A program made the position numbers and the translations under genes. A DNA stretch of 64,000 bases from assembly GCA_001949185.1 (NCBI GenBank), contig BDGG01000003.1, positions 2,649,158-2,713,157 on the forward strand, in the 5' to 3' direction. The DNA is from Ramazzottius varieornatus. Taxonomy: Eukaryota > Animalia > Tardigrada. Below the pieces are notes generated by a model. That model saw only the letters and a program-made list of their open reading frames with translations, was not told the origin of the DNA and did not search any database. The stretch's first letter is position 1; each line of letters opens with the position of its first letter. Of this stretch, positions 46,705-59,480 are shown piece by piece.

Positions 46705-47631
46705 TTACTTGTGAGCCAGTTCGAGTTCGATGAGCACTCCTCCACAGTCTTTAGGGTGGAGGAAAACCACCGGAAGTCCGTGAGCACCGATCTTGGTCTT
46801 GCCGTTTCCCAGTATTCTGACGTTGCGCTTCTTCAATTCAGCTATGGCGGCTTCGATGTCATCGACTTCTATGCATAAGTGATGCATACCACCGCTCTTG
46901 TTCTTGTCCAGGAAGGCCTGCACCGGACTTTTCTCTCCGAGAGGATGAAGTAGCTACGGACATCAAGCACAATCCGTGCGTTTTATGGTAAGGGGCATCA
47001 TCACTTTCAAGGGCGATTGACTAATAGTCGAACTCGAAAATACGAAGAACGGACCCAAGCCGACTAACCTCGATCTTTGTATTGGGAAGCTCAACGAAGA
47101 CCGTGTAAACACCATGTTCCGGAAGCGGCTGCCGGGAATAAGACTATTACTTCCGGGTCCGTCACTGAACCGGCACTCACTATCCTTAAGTTCAACACGA
47201 AATCCAGTCTCTTCTCGAAAATTATTCCTCGAGCAAGTATACTGTGGTCAGCTATAGATAATTCTGCAAGACTCAGGCCGCTTTGCGTCACTTACCACCA
47301 CTTCGCTGACTGTTGCTCCAAAGACTTCTTTATACATTGTCCGTGCCGCTTGGATATCGGGAGTAACAACTGCAACATGGTTCAATCTTCCCAGTCCCCA
47401 CAAAGCCTGCAACGAATCGCTGTAAGGTTCGGAACACCATGGTACAAAACTTTGAACTTTTTATCGCAGAAGGTTATGTGGCGCTAAGATGTTGTCAGAA
47501 AATCAATTCAGGATATGGCTTACTTCGTTGACCGCTGGCTTGGTATTTGCACCGGAAGTCGCCAGATTCCTTGTCGATATAGTAGTACACACTTTTCTAA
47601 GGACAGTGGAAAACCTTGACAGAGCAGACAT
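46705..47631 (-). CDS. MCEE: Methylmalonyl-CoA epimerase, mitochondrial
   Basis: LGRLNHVAV; PLPEHGVYTVFV; GGMHHLCIEVDDI; KIGAHGLPVVFLHPKDCGGVLIELE. Confidence 0.95.
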
Positions 47632-48270
47632 ATTTTCTGACAAATGGCTGAATGGCGGAGGGAGCGAAGGGACGCAGTGCCAGAAGAGTCTGACCATAGA
47701 CACGACGGGATCAGCTGTTCGTCAGGTACACGTCTGCTCCTAACTCGTGAAACTTCTTGAAGTGCAACCAAACACGACCGATCTTTACCATGAAAGCGAA
47801 ACAAACGGATACTAGTTTGTAGACTGCAACGAGATTTGCGGGAAAACGCGTTTACTGGAAAGAAAACACGAAGTTTATTCAGTTTGTTCTATTTGAAATC
47901 ACACGACAAGTCACAGCGAGCTCGAGAGAATTTGAATTTCCACTATTTCGCCCAGTAAACGTAATCAACAATCAAACGGATCACAGGACATGATCACATT
48001 GACCGTGGGCGCGTACACGGTGGAAAAAACACACTTGGACGGAAATCAAATTCACACATCCTAACTCTTTGAACTACTGGTACAGACTAACGATCAATAC
48101 TAAAAACCGACGTTTGGGTAAACTTACTTCGTAATAATGAAGTGATACCTTTTAAAGCTTGGGATGTGCGCTGACAGGAATTTGAAGCTATTTTCATCGA
48201 TGGACCGCCATCACGGTTCCCTGGGTTTTCCACCGTATGAGCGTTCCACAGGCCGTCTCCGAGATCATAG

Positions 48271-49202
48271 CTACACATGGACATGTTCGAGAACTCCTTG
48301 CCGTATCAAATGTTCGCATTCCGTCCTTGGCAAAACGTGGCGGGTGTATTTCTTGAGGTGAATCGTCTCACCATCTTCCGTTTCGTAGTCTCCATAATCT
48401 AAAAGCACTCGAACCTAAAGACCAAACACCATAACAGAAACACTTCGGCTGACCTTCCCGTTTCCGCCTAGGCATGCAGTCAATTAAAGTATATGTTTGA
48501 ACGAATAACCATCACGAACCACGTACATGGATGAAATGCTCCTTGGGAGGCCGCTGATGGACCGTCAAGTTTAGACCATCGAGTTCCATCATGTAGTTGG
48601 TCAGTTCAGTGTTGTAGCTGTTAAACCACTCGACTTCCTTCTCCGACAAGGTCGACCGGATCTCCCGTGGTATTATGCCTCCAAGATTCCAGCGAATACT
48701 CCTTAAACGTTCCGCCCTGTTATAGTGATAAGCAACTAAACAGCGCTTATTCCGTTCCATTGCAATATGCCGGAAGTGGATGCTGTGGAGGATATTCTGG
48801 TGCGACGAAGTATCTGCCTGACTCTGAAGTCGTCCCCTGATAAGCACAAATGGCAGTTAGAATACGTGGATGATTTAAGAGGAGCTTTATGTCCTTGATG
48901 GAGAATCATCTGTATAAACAGAACAACATCAAGAGCTAAATACTCATACTGTTAAATCTTACGTATCTTGCTGGTTGGCCTCAAAGATATCCTTGATCTC
49001 TTCACATACTGCTCGGACTGTTTCGCCCTGCAAGAGTAGCCATTATGATAGATTGGGACAAAGGCATGTGGACATAAGGAAGAACCAAAGGGCGATCATT
49101 TTGGAAGGAACCAAGCTTAATACGTACGTTGTATGGTGGGATTGAATTCTCCGCAGCTCGGTCGAGTCCACGTATGAGATCTGTTGCTCTTCTTCCATAC
49201 AT
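48271..49202 (-). CDS. GINS1: GINS complex subunit Psf1
   Basis: [13 protein letters not shown]...IPPYN; [13 protein letters not shown]; [23 protein letters not shown]; [12 protein letters not shown]. Confidence 0.93.
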
Positions 49203-50073
49203 TTTAAGTGATGGTCGCTGAACGTCAGTCCACCAAAGCGTTCGATAATACACCTGCACGAAGGAAACTATCACATCTGAAAAAGCGGAACAGGAATGCG
49301 AACACGAACTTACCTGTGAAGCCTGGTTTTCTTTTGGTCCTATCAATGCTCTCATGGGCTTCTCTGTCCGAGTTTATACTGTCTTTCCTTTCTCCGGGAC
49401 ATGCAGTGGACTGCGGAGAATTGAAAGACCTAGTTGCGACGTGGCGAAATTTGACGAGCCAAACGGCAGAATAGAATGACGAATTAATTGGAGATTACTG
49501 GAAGATGCTGAGAGAAAGAACAACAAAGAAGATGCGCCGAATTTATCCAGGCTGTATCGAATTTTCGTAATGTACGGTCGGCTGCTACATCAAAAGCGGC
49601 TTGGACCGAGAAGCCGGTTTCGGGTTGATTTTGGAAAGCTTCGCATCGTATGCCTGGTCGGTTTTTAACGAGTGGCAGTACGGTACGGCGAAACCTGGAC
49701 CGCCAGCTCGGAGCCATACATCGTTAAGTGGACGAGGTGTAACCATCCAAGAAATCCTAGGAAGTGACGGCTTACGGCTAAGTAAACAAAATTTCCAAAA
49801 AACCAAAGGGCGTCGAAATCTTCCAGGAGATAGCGAAACTAATCTTCGTTGTCCAGGCAAATCTTCACTTCAAACCCATCTGCACAAATCATCCAAAATT
49901 CTAAAACCACAACTGCACCGAATGGCGAATACGAAGCACGATGAAAGCCATTCCGCGCCACTGATCTGCTTGACTGCAAGAACATCCGCACAGGCACACA
50001 CAGACAAATGTTCATAATTATTAAACAGATATGTTTATTTGAAAGGGAACATGAAAACTAATATAAGCGAAGT

Positions 50074-50454
50074 CTAGTGCTTTCCGTGTTTCGTGTCCGA
50101 AGTAACGCGGAACTGATCTTCAAAGTCGTCTGGAACCGGGACACCAACTTCCCTAGCCAGTACTAGCATCTCTTCGCGTGTTCGAGCGTTCTTCTCCCGA
50201 AGGGCAGCAGCTTCTCGCGCAGGTCGCTTACGTTCTTCAATTTCATGAAGGCGTTCCTCCTTTCGGACAAGCCGACGATTATGCCAAACACCGTAGGAAA
50301 GTCCAGCAATCAAAGCAGCCCAGCGCGCAACTCGAATGGTGGGTGAGATGGGCGCAGGAGGAAGCAGCGGCTTTGGCGGTGGCTTCGGCGAGGCTCTTTG
50401 CGTAACGAAAGCAGTCTGACGGGCCAGAGTTGCTCCAGAAGGCTTAGTATCCAT
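50074..50454 (-). CDS. ATP5ME: Mitochondrial ATP synthase subunit e
   Basis: PAPISPTIRVARWAALIAGLSYG (GxxxG transmembrane helix) followed by a charged coiled coil. Confidence 0.8.
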   Translation of the reverse strand: MDTKPSGATLARQTAFVTQRASPKPPPKPLLPPAPISPTIRVARWAALIAGLSYGVWHNRRLVRKEERLHEIEERKRPAREAAALREKNARTREEMLVLAREVGVPVPDDFEDQFRVTSDTKHGKH

Positions 50455-51138
50455 CCTACACAATAACAAAACGGTGCGCGCCACGCGGATAACTATCGTC
50501 AGAGGTTGCAAAACACCTCCTGCTATGACTGACTTCAGCCGAAGTCGGGTAACAGAAATACACAACGTGGGGACTTACGAGACTTGCTGATCCATGCTTA
50601 GACGCTATAATCAGATCCCTATATTTGTCTTCCCGGAGCTCACAACAGTAGATGGAAGATCCTGCAAATCCGTGCAACGAGAAGGAAAATGGGAGCAAGC
50701 TAGAAAGAACTTCGGAATCTTCGCCGTCGCCTCGAATCCTAAAGTCTGATCAAACGATCATCAAAGCCACTCTAATCAAAGTGATCAGCTGGCCCAGTCA
50801 CGGTTTTCACCCTGTACACGGAGTGGCCTACCATGGTCCGATTAACTTGATCGACAAACCATCCAGCACGCAGGTGGTCGTGTGGTGGTGTTCAATGAGT
50901 GTGTATTGATCTGCTGATTGGCTTGATTTGCTCGTGTCGAAAAGCCCCGTTCAAAGAGATCTGCAGATTGCAGGAGCAAACCTCAGATGCTCTCCCGTCT
51001 CCACGAGTGCACATCCCTCGAGCCTCGTCTCATCAGGCAGGCCTCCAACCACCTTCTTGTCTGTAGATGCCCATTTGGAGGACTGCGACTGTTCCGGAAT
51101 AGTTCTTGCGCGCACGGAAGGGGGACACTTCATCGACG

Positions 51139-51759
51139 ATGGCGCTTTGCCTGAATGCTGGAAGACTGTGCCTGCGGATATCCAAGACAGCTCTTCAACC
51201 TTCATCCCAGCTCCACACTCTACACTGCATCGTACCTCAACAGCCCCTAGTTTTGCGGAAAAAAGATGCGATTGGTGTGATATGTATCAGGAACATGAGT
51301 GCCAAGCGTCAGTTTGTTATCTTCCCCACGCGGTTTGTGTGGAGACGCTTTAAACGGGACTTCCATTTCTTTGTGATGCTAGGCATTATCCCTCTGACGC
51401 TCATCACCATCTACGCAAACGTCTTCGTCGGTCCAGCAGAACTAGCCGAGATCCCGGAGGGATACGTTCCCGAAGAGTACGAGTACTACAAAAGCCCAGT
51501 TACGCGGTGGCTGCAAAAACATCTTCTTCAGCCTCCGCAGCAGGGTTACGAAATGATGCTGCACCGTTTGGATACGGAGACAGAGAAGATGCGTCTTCGT
51601 CGTTTGCACAAGAGAATTCGAGCGCTACAGGCTGAACGAATGGATTACATGGGCTACATGGCCAACCGCGGACCTACTACCAAGTACATCGAGCAAATCG
51701 GAGAGCAGTACGATAGACTCAATGACGAACGGCGAGATCCCGTGGGTGTGGAGCAGTAA
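51139..51759 (+). CDS. NDUFB5: Complex I subunit NDUFB5 (SGDH), intronless
   Basis: FVIFPTRF...FFVMLGIIP...NVFVGPAELAEIPEGYVPEEYEYYKSPVTRW. Confidence 0.92.
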   Translation: MALCLNAGRLCLRISKTALQPSSQLHTLHCIVPQQPLVLRKKDAIGVICIRNMSAKRQFVIFPTRFVWRRFKRDFHFFVMLGIIPLTLITIYANVFVGPAELAEIPEGYVPEEYEYYKSPVTRWLQKHLLQPPQQGYEMMLHRLDTETEKMRLRRLHKRIRALQAERMDYMGYMANRGPTTKYIEQIGEQYDRLNDERRDPVGVEQ

Positions 51760-52079
51760 AAGCCTGGTCCTCTTTGTATATCCTGCTTCGGAAACATCTA
51801 AACTCTTCCTATTAAACTGCTTTAGTGTGAAATTTAGCCGGAATTGTCGGCGAGTTCATACAAAACAGATTTCTTATATTATTTTATCTGTGTTTGTGTG
51901 TGAGAATATCTGCTAGTTTTCTGTGAAACCGCTATAATTACGTATAAAATGTATGGTCAAACCGGAAGTCACCCGAAAACGCGTGTCGCAGGCTCACTGT
52001 TTTGATCAGAGAACTGGAAATGTTCACCGGTGAAAATCGATCCGTAAAGAACCAGGTATTTATAATTTATTGAGCATTC

Positions 52080-53537
52080 TTAGGCGAGAGTAGCTAAGAA
52101 TTCTATGACGGATTTCATGTCATCTGTGACAGCCAATTCAGAGCTTTTGCAAATACTTTTCACAAACGTTACTTTGTTGTTTCGGAGTTGAGCGAACTCG
52201 AAATCTTTTTCCATATTCCCAATGAACTCGCTGCGATTTCCCTTCTTGGTAGCAGGGTTATACTTCGTTATCCTGATGGCATTCCTGGAGCAGCAAACAC
52301 AAACTTGAGCAATACATAGTGGAGCTAATTTTGTTTTCGCTATCAAGGGCGAGGCCGACCACACGGAAACTACTGCTTATATGTTCCGCAGATACGTACA
52401 TTTCCTTTTCGAGCAGGACCATCACAACATCGACGTCCTTCGCAGCAACTTGGTCTGGAAGTGGAGACCTTGATCAACCGAGAGCCCGCGCCAAGCAGCG
52501 CGGTACAGGACGAAAGCCGGATCACGGGCAGAGCTTACCTTGTTTGTTGCAGACAACAAGGACTGGAATCTTTCGCTTAACTATTTCGGGATCGGTGAGG
52601 ACTCGGTATAAAATACTGCAAAGTATTGATGATAATCAAACACGATTCAGCACTGTACGCGAGGCCGTAATATTGGTAACAAACATATTATACATAATTA
52701 TACGGGAACCCGGAAGTTAATTTCTCACTCTGCAGCCTCTTGAGCCTCCTTCGATACTGAACTCGAAATCGACACGCTATCCACCATAAATATGATTCCC
52801 CTGAAGAAGAATGATGTAGACATTCACCAGTTCGGTAAACTCATCTAAGAAAATACCGTACAGTGGTACAGGAACTTGACACGTACTTACTTGCATAGAT
52901 GCTTGTTCATGTTGAAAACGTCCCATCGAAGTCTTTCGTATCCTGGTACATCGATCAGCTGGATTTCCTTCCCCTAGAATGCATACCTTTGATTTACACC
53001 CGTTCGTTCAGCCGCGTACTTCGAAAGCTGACGCACAGGTTCGTCGGGTATGAGGTTCTTTGTCCATCCGATGTTTTTCACAAGAGAGGATACCGTCAGT
53101 GCGCTTCGGTCTTGCGTTAGCTACAAAGACAGACAGCACTGAAGATCGAAAGTGTGAGGATAACGCAGCAAGAGTCACGCAGCAGAGTAAAATACTTGTA
53201 CGAACAACGCTGTTTTTCCGGAACCGTTCCTTCCAAGAATTAGGACGAACTGCAACTTGCGAGACTGTTTCCGGATGAGATAGTAAACTGCAATGGGACA
53301 CTCGTAAGTCACATAACTGGCTTTGCTTAGACAATCGGTATGGCTTCGTCACATAGACAGTCTTGAATGCCAGAACCCGTCCAAACCAATGGAACGAAGT
53401 TGCGGAGACTTACAGATGAGAGAAGCGGCTCCAACGAACAACAGAGTTCCGATGATATAGTACAACGTGGACAGCTCTATTGATCCATCGTTTACCACCG
53501 CCTTCGTTTCCGTCGTGGCCGCTTTCTGCTCGTTCAT
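52080..53537 (-). CDS. SRPRB: Signal recognition particle receptor subunit beta
   Basis: N-terminal TM LYYIIGTLLFVGAASLI; spliced P-loop VLILGRNGSGKTALF; LIDVPGYERLR; IIFMVDS; PVLVVCNKQ. Confidence 0.85.
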
Positions 53538-53704
53538 GATCCCCCACCACCACAAGCTGTATGGAATGGATCAATCTTTTCTTTTTCAAGAAGATATCAG
53601 ACAACGGAACAAAGTACTCGTAGTGGTTACTGGTTAGTCAACGAGGACGACATCAACAATCGAAATCGCAAACTGTGTGCCGACTGGCGACTGGCAAAAT
53701 GACT

Positions 53705-53744
53705 GGGTCGGGTCGGGTCGGGTCGGGTCGGGTCGGGTCGGGTC
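53705..53744 (+). repeat. (GGGTC)8 pentanucleotide microsatellite
   Basis: Eight perfect tandem GGGTC units between divergent SRPRB and GTF2F1. Confidence 0.95.
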
Positions 53745-54120
53745 GGTGCAGCGACGGACGTGCTAGCCGATGCTTTAGCCTCTAGAACCGTCAATGAGCA
53801 AATCCAACTTTGAAAGTTGAAAGTTGAATTAACGTGAAGGAACCTGGAATGTGACAAATTTGACCTGATCAGTCTCCCGGTCGGTTTGAAGTTCGAATCC
53901 CCACTTCTCCGTCATCTCGGTTCGTGTTTACGTTTCTGGCCTCATCCTGGTGGATCGAAGCTCATTCGTTTTGCGTCCTGTAACAGTAAGGCACTACAGT
54001 ACCTGTCTACCTGTGCAATCCCTGATCTCACATACCTGTTTCTCCGATTTCCTACTTAGTTTGACGTGCTGTAGTGCAGCGCTGACTGTCCTAGGTGAGG
54101 TGTTTGCTGGTCGCGGGAAG

Positions 54121-56488
54121 ATGGCTTCAGGTACCGCGGGACAACCTAAGGTGTTCGAGTTTCGTGTTCCGAAGTAAGATTTCTTCTGTTGATACTTCGG
54201 ATACGATGCTACTGTATTGATGTTCGATCTGTTTCTTGTGTACAGGAATACCAACAAGAAAGTCTTCGTCTGCAAATTTAGCAATGCACTCTCGGTGAAC
54301 TTCGAGTCGTGGAAGAAGGTAAACCTTCATGCAACTTTCCTAATTTCCGGCTGCATCTCTACTCTTTAGTTATGTCCCTATATCCCTTCCTTTTGCTGGA
54401 TGTGCAGCTTGTTGAGAGGTAATCTTTTCTTTTTACAGAATGCTCCCGAATTAGCTCGAGAAGGTGCGCAAGAAGTTATCAAGACCGTCGACAAAGAGGA
54501 AGAGGAGGCTGCCCCAGCACCCACTTCCGGTGCAGGCAGTCAGTTTGGCAAGGAAAAGCGTGACGAGGCTCGAAAGAAGAAATATACCAGACGAGCGAGA
54601 CCAGACGAGGCAGCGCCATGGATCTTGACCGACAACAGCACGGCGAAGAAGTATGTGGAATCTATCCACTTTAGGAATGACCGCTCAGTACTCTGGCTCT
54701 AAGTAGATCCACATTGTCGCTCTGTTGCTTTTTATACATCTTCCTTGTACAGGTATCGTGGACCAAAGGAAGGTGGTGTACAAGACAATTCTTCCTACTA
54801 CATTTTCACCACAGTCGGAGGCAAAAATATCGAAGCATATCCCGTCTCGGAGTGGTATAATTTCGTGCCCGTGCAACGTTATAAGGCTCTGGATGCCGAA
54901 GAAGCAGAAGAGGCCTTCGGGAGGTAAAAACCTCATGATATGCTCACGCTTCCTGTCTCATTCTTCTAACAGCAAATTTTGTCTGCAGGAGGGAAAAGAC
55001 CTTCAACTACTTTAACATCATGTATCAGAAACGTCTGAAAGCCACCGAAGAAGGAGGCGATGACGACGAAACAGCCGCGGATGGGAAAAGCGGCGGCGGT
55101 GGAGGCCGGAAGAAAGGACTGGTAAGCGCACCAACTTACTAATTGGCGCTGGTGGTCTATTTTTTCGGCGCTTTCGAGCTTCTGAAACGTGGTAGGAACT
55201 TAATTCACTCATTTGCTCGTTGGTAGAAAATCAGTACCGAGGACGACGATGATCGTCCAGGGCAGATGTCGGACTCCGATGAAGAGGGCGCAGCGGCTGA
55301 AACAGGTGCGGTTGACTTGGACGGGAAGAAGAAAGGCAAAGGGAAAGGTCGAGGTAGAAAGCAAGGAAAGATACCCCCTAAGGGAAAGAAGAAGCAAAGG
55401 GAGGAGGAACAAGGCGAAGCGGAGCCGGGCGAAGAGAGTGACGATGGAGACTACGAAGCTCGCGAAATGGACTACGACACGTCAGAGTCGTCAGAGTAAG
55501 TCTCCCATCTCTTCCGCAGATGGACGTGTTTTCGGTGATATATCATGCAGTGTGTTCTTACAGGGAAGAAATGGAGGAAGTTGCGCAGAATGATGCTGGT
55601 GTGAAGGGTGTTGATGAGGAAGTTGAGGAGATGGAGGATGAGGAAGGCGACGAGGAAGTTGATGCGGCTGCTGCCGACAAGGAAACGACTAACTCACCTG
55701 GAGATGCACGTAATAAGCTAGGAGTAGACATAGTAAGTAGAAGGAAAGCATGATTTCTTACTGGATGGATGTATACTTCAGTTGCCGACGAGACGGATGA
55801 GGATGATAACGACGAGGACGATATCGATGCGCTTGCTGATTCTGTTCTGCCGTCTGGGGTGAGTTATTCGTCGCGCGTGAATATTCGTGTTTGCTATACT
55901 GTCGTGTTGACGGTACGACTGGAATCTTTGTAGAAAAAGCAAGATGGCGCAGATGGGCGCAGTGCAGCAGTCTCGACATCGAAGAAAGATGGTGGCAAAG
56001 TCTCTTCCTCGAAAGGTATGCTTTGCGAAACTTGCATTGTCCGTTGTCTCAAAGGTTAACCGTCCGTTGGATTGTCCTGCGTGGAGATTAGTAACTTGAT
56101 AAGCAATTCGCCTGAGATGTGTTTTTACAGGTACGAAACGAGCTCGCGACAGCCTGGTCGCTGGTTCTTCAAAGAAGGCTAAAGCAACACCTTCAACTCT
56201 CGCTGCAGACTCTGCAGCTCCGTCTACCTCAAGTGATGGGTAAGAGGCGAAAGTATTCTAATAACAAAGGTCTTTAGCGGACGTGAGAATTTACTTTTGT
56301 GCAGGAAAGGGAATATCGAAGCGGTCGTCCGACAGTATTTAATCAGAAAGCCCATGACGTCGAAGGAACTCCTGAGGAAGCTGACGAAGAAGGGCATGAA
56401 AGTGGACAACCTGGGAGACATCATCAAGAAGCTGAACCCCGAGAAGACCAAAGTCAACGGTAACCTTATGCTTCATTTGAAGAGCTAA
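54121..56488 (+). CDS. GTF2F1: General transcription factor IIF subunit 1 (RAP74)
   Basis: FRVPKNTNKK; GAGSQFGKEKR; PWIL; KEGGVQDNSSYYIF; EWYNFVPVQRYKALDAEEAEE; acidic middle; C-terminal winged helix VRQYLIRKPMTSKELL. Confidence 0.93.
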
Positions 56489-56796
56489 GCATGGTCGAAA
56501 TTGTGATCTGCTTGCTGGAGGCTTCAACTTTTGTCTCGTCGTGTTTGTAAAGTTTCTTCGAACTCACAAAGGGGACCTCACCACGCCCAGTGAGCGAGTC
56601 CCGTCGAGTTCCCTGTTTTCGGCAGAAGAACTTGGTTTTTAATCAAAACGATACTTTATGCAGTTGATATTTTTGGGAGAATGATGGCCCGTTTTATCAC
56701 TTCTAAGACTAGTCCAGGAATATGAAAGCTTTCGTAATGTGCCCGGACATGAAAAACGGCACTATCGTATTAAAATAAGCAAGAAAGATGATTCGG

Positions 56797-58935
56797 CTAG
56801 CCCAAGAAAATGGCGGCTCCAACGTCACTCCAGTCCGATGAATTTGATGGCGCGTTTTTGTGGTCCCTTGTTTCATCGTACTTTTCTTGGTTTCTGCTGT
56901 CTGGTTTTCGGTCAGGTCTTCCATTGGGTCTACCATCGCTCTTTCCGTCGTTCTGCTCGTCGATAACGTCGCAGATGTTCCAAACCAGATCCGACAGTCG
57001 CGACTCGGAAGCGTCACTTCGGTACTCGCCCTTCGTTGCGTCGGTTTTGTCCCGTAGACTCTGTAGCAGTGCTCGACCAGATAAGGTTGACTGGGTGCAC
57101 CACTTGTCGTACAGCTCATGAGGATGGGCAAGAAGCAGCTTCAGAACGCACCTCTCCAGCTCCTTCTTCTTATCCTTGCAGTTCTCGTGCTCATTGTCTG
57201 CAAAGCAAAAAAACACCGAGATTTCGATCGTCTAGTGAGCCGATAGCATACGGGAACCCGGCAAACAACCTCGGGATACTCGTCATTCCAAGTGGCGCAG
57301 TCTTCATCAACACTGGCCGGAGTGATGCGCCACTTAATATTACGATCATCCCGAGCTTTTTTGCCGAGTTACCATACTCTGATTAGGGTAGCTCACCTCT
57401 GTGGGGTCGGTCTTTGCGCTCGTCTTTCCCGCCAGTGTGGTATTCGCGACTTCCGGCTTCCCTTTTCGGTCCTTCATACTCGTCGCGGTCGCGGTTACGG
57501 TCACGTCTATCGTCTTCGTGCCTGTCGTCATCGTTGTACTCTTTCCGGGTGTTATACCTTCCTCCCCGCTCTCTTCGGTACGGCGACCTGTCTTCGTCGT
57601 AGCCATCTTTCCTGCCATGTGTCTTATGAGAGCGACGTTCCGGTCGTCCGCTGTCGTACCTGGGAGGTTCCCGTTGTTGGTGCTGAGGCGAGTGTGGTCG
57701 GCTGTTCTCTCGGTATCCGGAGCCGGCATGATGTGGTCCTTGGGGTTGGTGACCGCGGTCTGATGCGGGTCCATAAGGCGAGCCAGGTCTGTCCTGCATG
57801 GTATGGTTCTGTCCGTTGTACGCTCCGGGTCTCTCGGGCCCGTGACCTGCGTTCCCGCGGTATTCGTGCGGCCGCTGTTGAATTCCACCTCCAGCTGGAA
57901 GAAAAACCATATTGTGGTTGGGAAGGAACCCGGCAACCAAAACCTCAAGGACGCCCATACCAAGTGCCGCACGCTTCCAGCTTATAGCGGTAAAACGTGC
58001 GCCACTTGAGATTATAATCTGGTATACTGTATCTCGTTCCCCGGAAAATCCCAATGGAAGCCTTTCGAAAGATTTGAAAACACTTACGATAAGGAAGGAC
58101 TGCGCCCAATGACATGTTCCCTTGCATCGGCAGGCCTCCATTCCATCCAGCTTCCCGCTTCTTGCGCCGCTTCGAACCTTCGTCGTAGTCATCGCGGTCA
58201 TCCTCTCTGTGGTCCTCCCAGTTTCTCTCCCTGTTGTTGTCTTCGTCTAGGTCGAGGTCGGCATCGGTGTTGTCTCGCTCGTATTTATCATCCAGTCCCA
58301 AGCCGGAAGTGCTTCCTGTGCCGCCAGCCCAGGGATCGCTTATTTTGCTGATTTTCTTCTTGGTGAGCCGGCGTCTGCTGTAGCTCTCGCTGGTCAAAGC
58401 TTCTTCTTGTGGTGGGGGCGGTGGCGTCAGATCGAAAGGCTGTCTCCATAAGGAAGCTTCGTCTTGGACTGGAGCTGCAAATATTCAGTTAGTTGTCAAT
58501 CCTTCAAAAACTGCTTTCAACAGCTATTTTAATTCGTATCGTGTTCCTGACAAAGCTTATTTCAAGGTGGACCAATCCGAACTTACGGATCGAGTCGGCT
58601 GGAGGCGGAAGTGGGAACATGGAGTAGGGCACATGTCGTTTGTCGCGTTGGTTCTCGAAGTGCTGCTGGACGTTCTTGCGAAAGTTGGCCATTTCTGCGT
58701 CCACTGCACTTGGTGTGGTATTTTCCTCCTCACCATCATTTTCTTCTTCGGTATCGGCACTGGCCTTTGCCTGAGGATCATCTGGAGCGTATGTGTAGGG
58801 TTCCGAGGGTGGTGTCATTTTGCCATATCCTTCATGAGGTACGACGAGATCTTCGCCCGTTACTAGTCCGAGATAACAGAAAGCCAACACAACGGACACC
58901 CTACCAAACGGTATCAAAAACGGGAGTAAGCGCAT
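56797..58935 (-). CDS. Uncharacterised secreted, highly charged low-complexity protein (precursor-like), about 4 exons
   Basis: Signal peptide MRLLPFLIPFGRVSVVLAFCYLGLVTG; long ORFs on one strand bounded by GT-AG; RDKR and KRRKKR sites; C-terminal 4-Cys segment. Confidence 0.65.
57961..58008 (+). repeat. Intronic palindromic element, copy 5 (core only)
   Basis: CAAGTGCCGCACG-N22-CGTGCGCCACTTG within a predicted intron of the minus-strand secreted gene. Confidence 0.75.
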
Positions 58936-59480
58936 TCCTGTTATTCGAGCATGCAAAGCTGTGGTAGAATGGGAAAAAATACTATAAAGCGCAACTACCT
59001 CACGGCAATGATGGTACTGCGAGTATCGTGGATGAACGTTTCTGGATTCAATGTTCCACTTGCTGTGCCATATAAGCTTAGCCCGATGAATCTGCCGTTA
59101 TTTGAACCGCGGCTCAACCATCGTAGTAAGCGTTTGTCAACAAATCACGTAATCATGCGATGCTCGTTTGCGATTGGGAAGAAAACAGGGGTCATTTTTT
59201 TGATACGTCCAATGGACTTAAGAACTCATAACGCATGCGTTCATAGCCTATCGCGAACCTGAAAACGGCACAAAGAACGGAGGATAGGCTGGAAAGCGAA
59301 ACGTTATTTGTATATGAACCCCACTTTTGGCTGATCGAAATGGCATCGGCGCCAAGAACGGCATTCTGTCCGATCACCGATCGAACAAGCTAGAACCTTC
59401 TCAAAAAACAAAGATTCTCCACCACTTTTTTATTTACAGTACGATAATATCTGGGACCTGAAAAACTGTCTTCCACAAAC

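Noticed and set aside
53860-53912. GTTCGAATCC (B-box/T-loop-like) suggesting a tRNA
   Set aside because: No acceptor stem, D-arm or anticodon arm could be folded around it.
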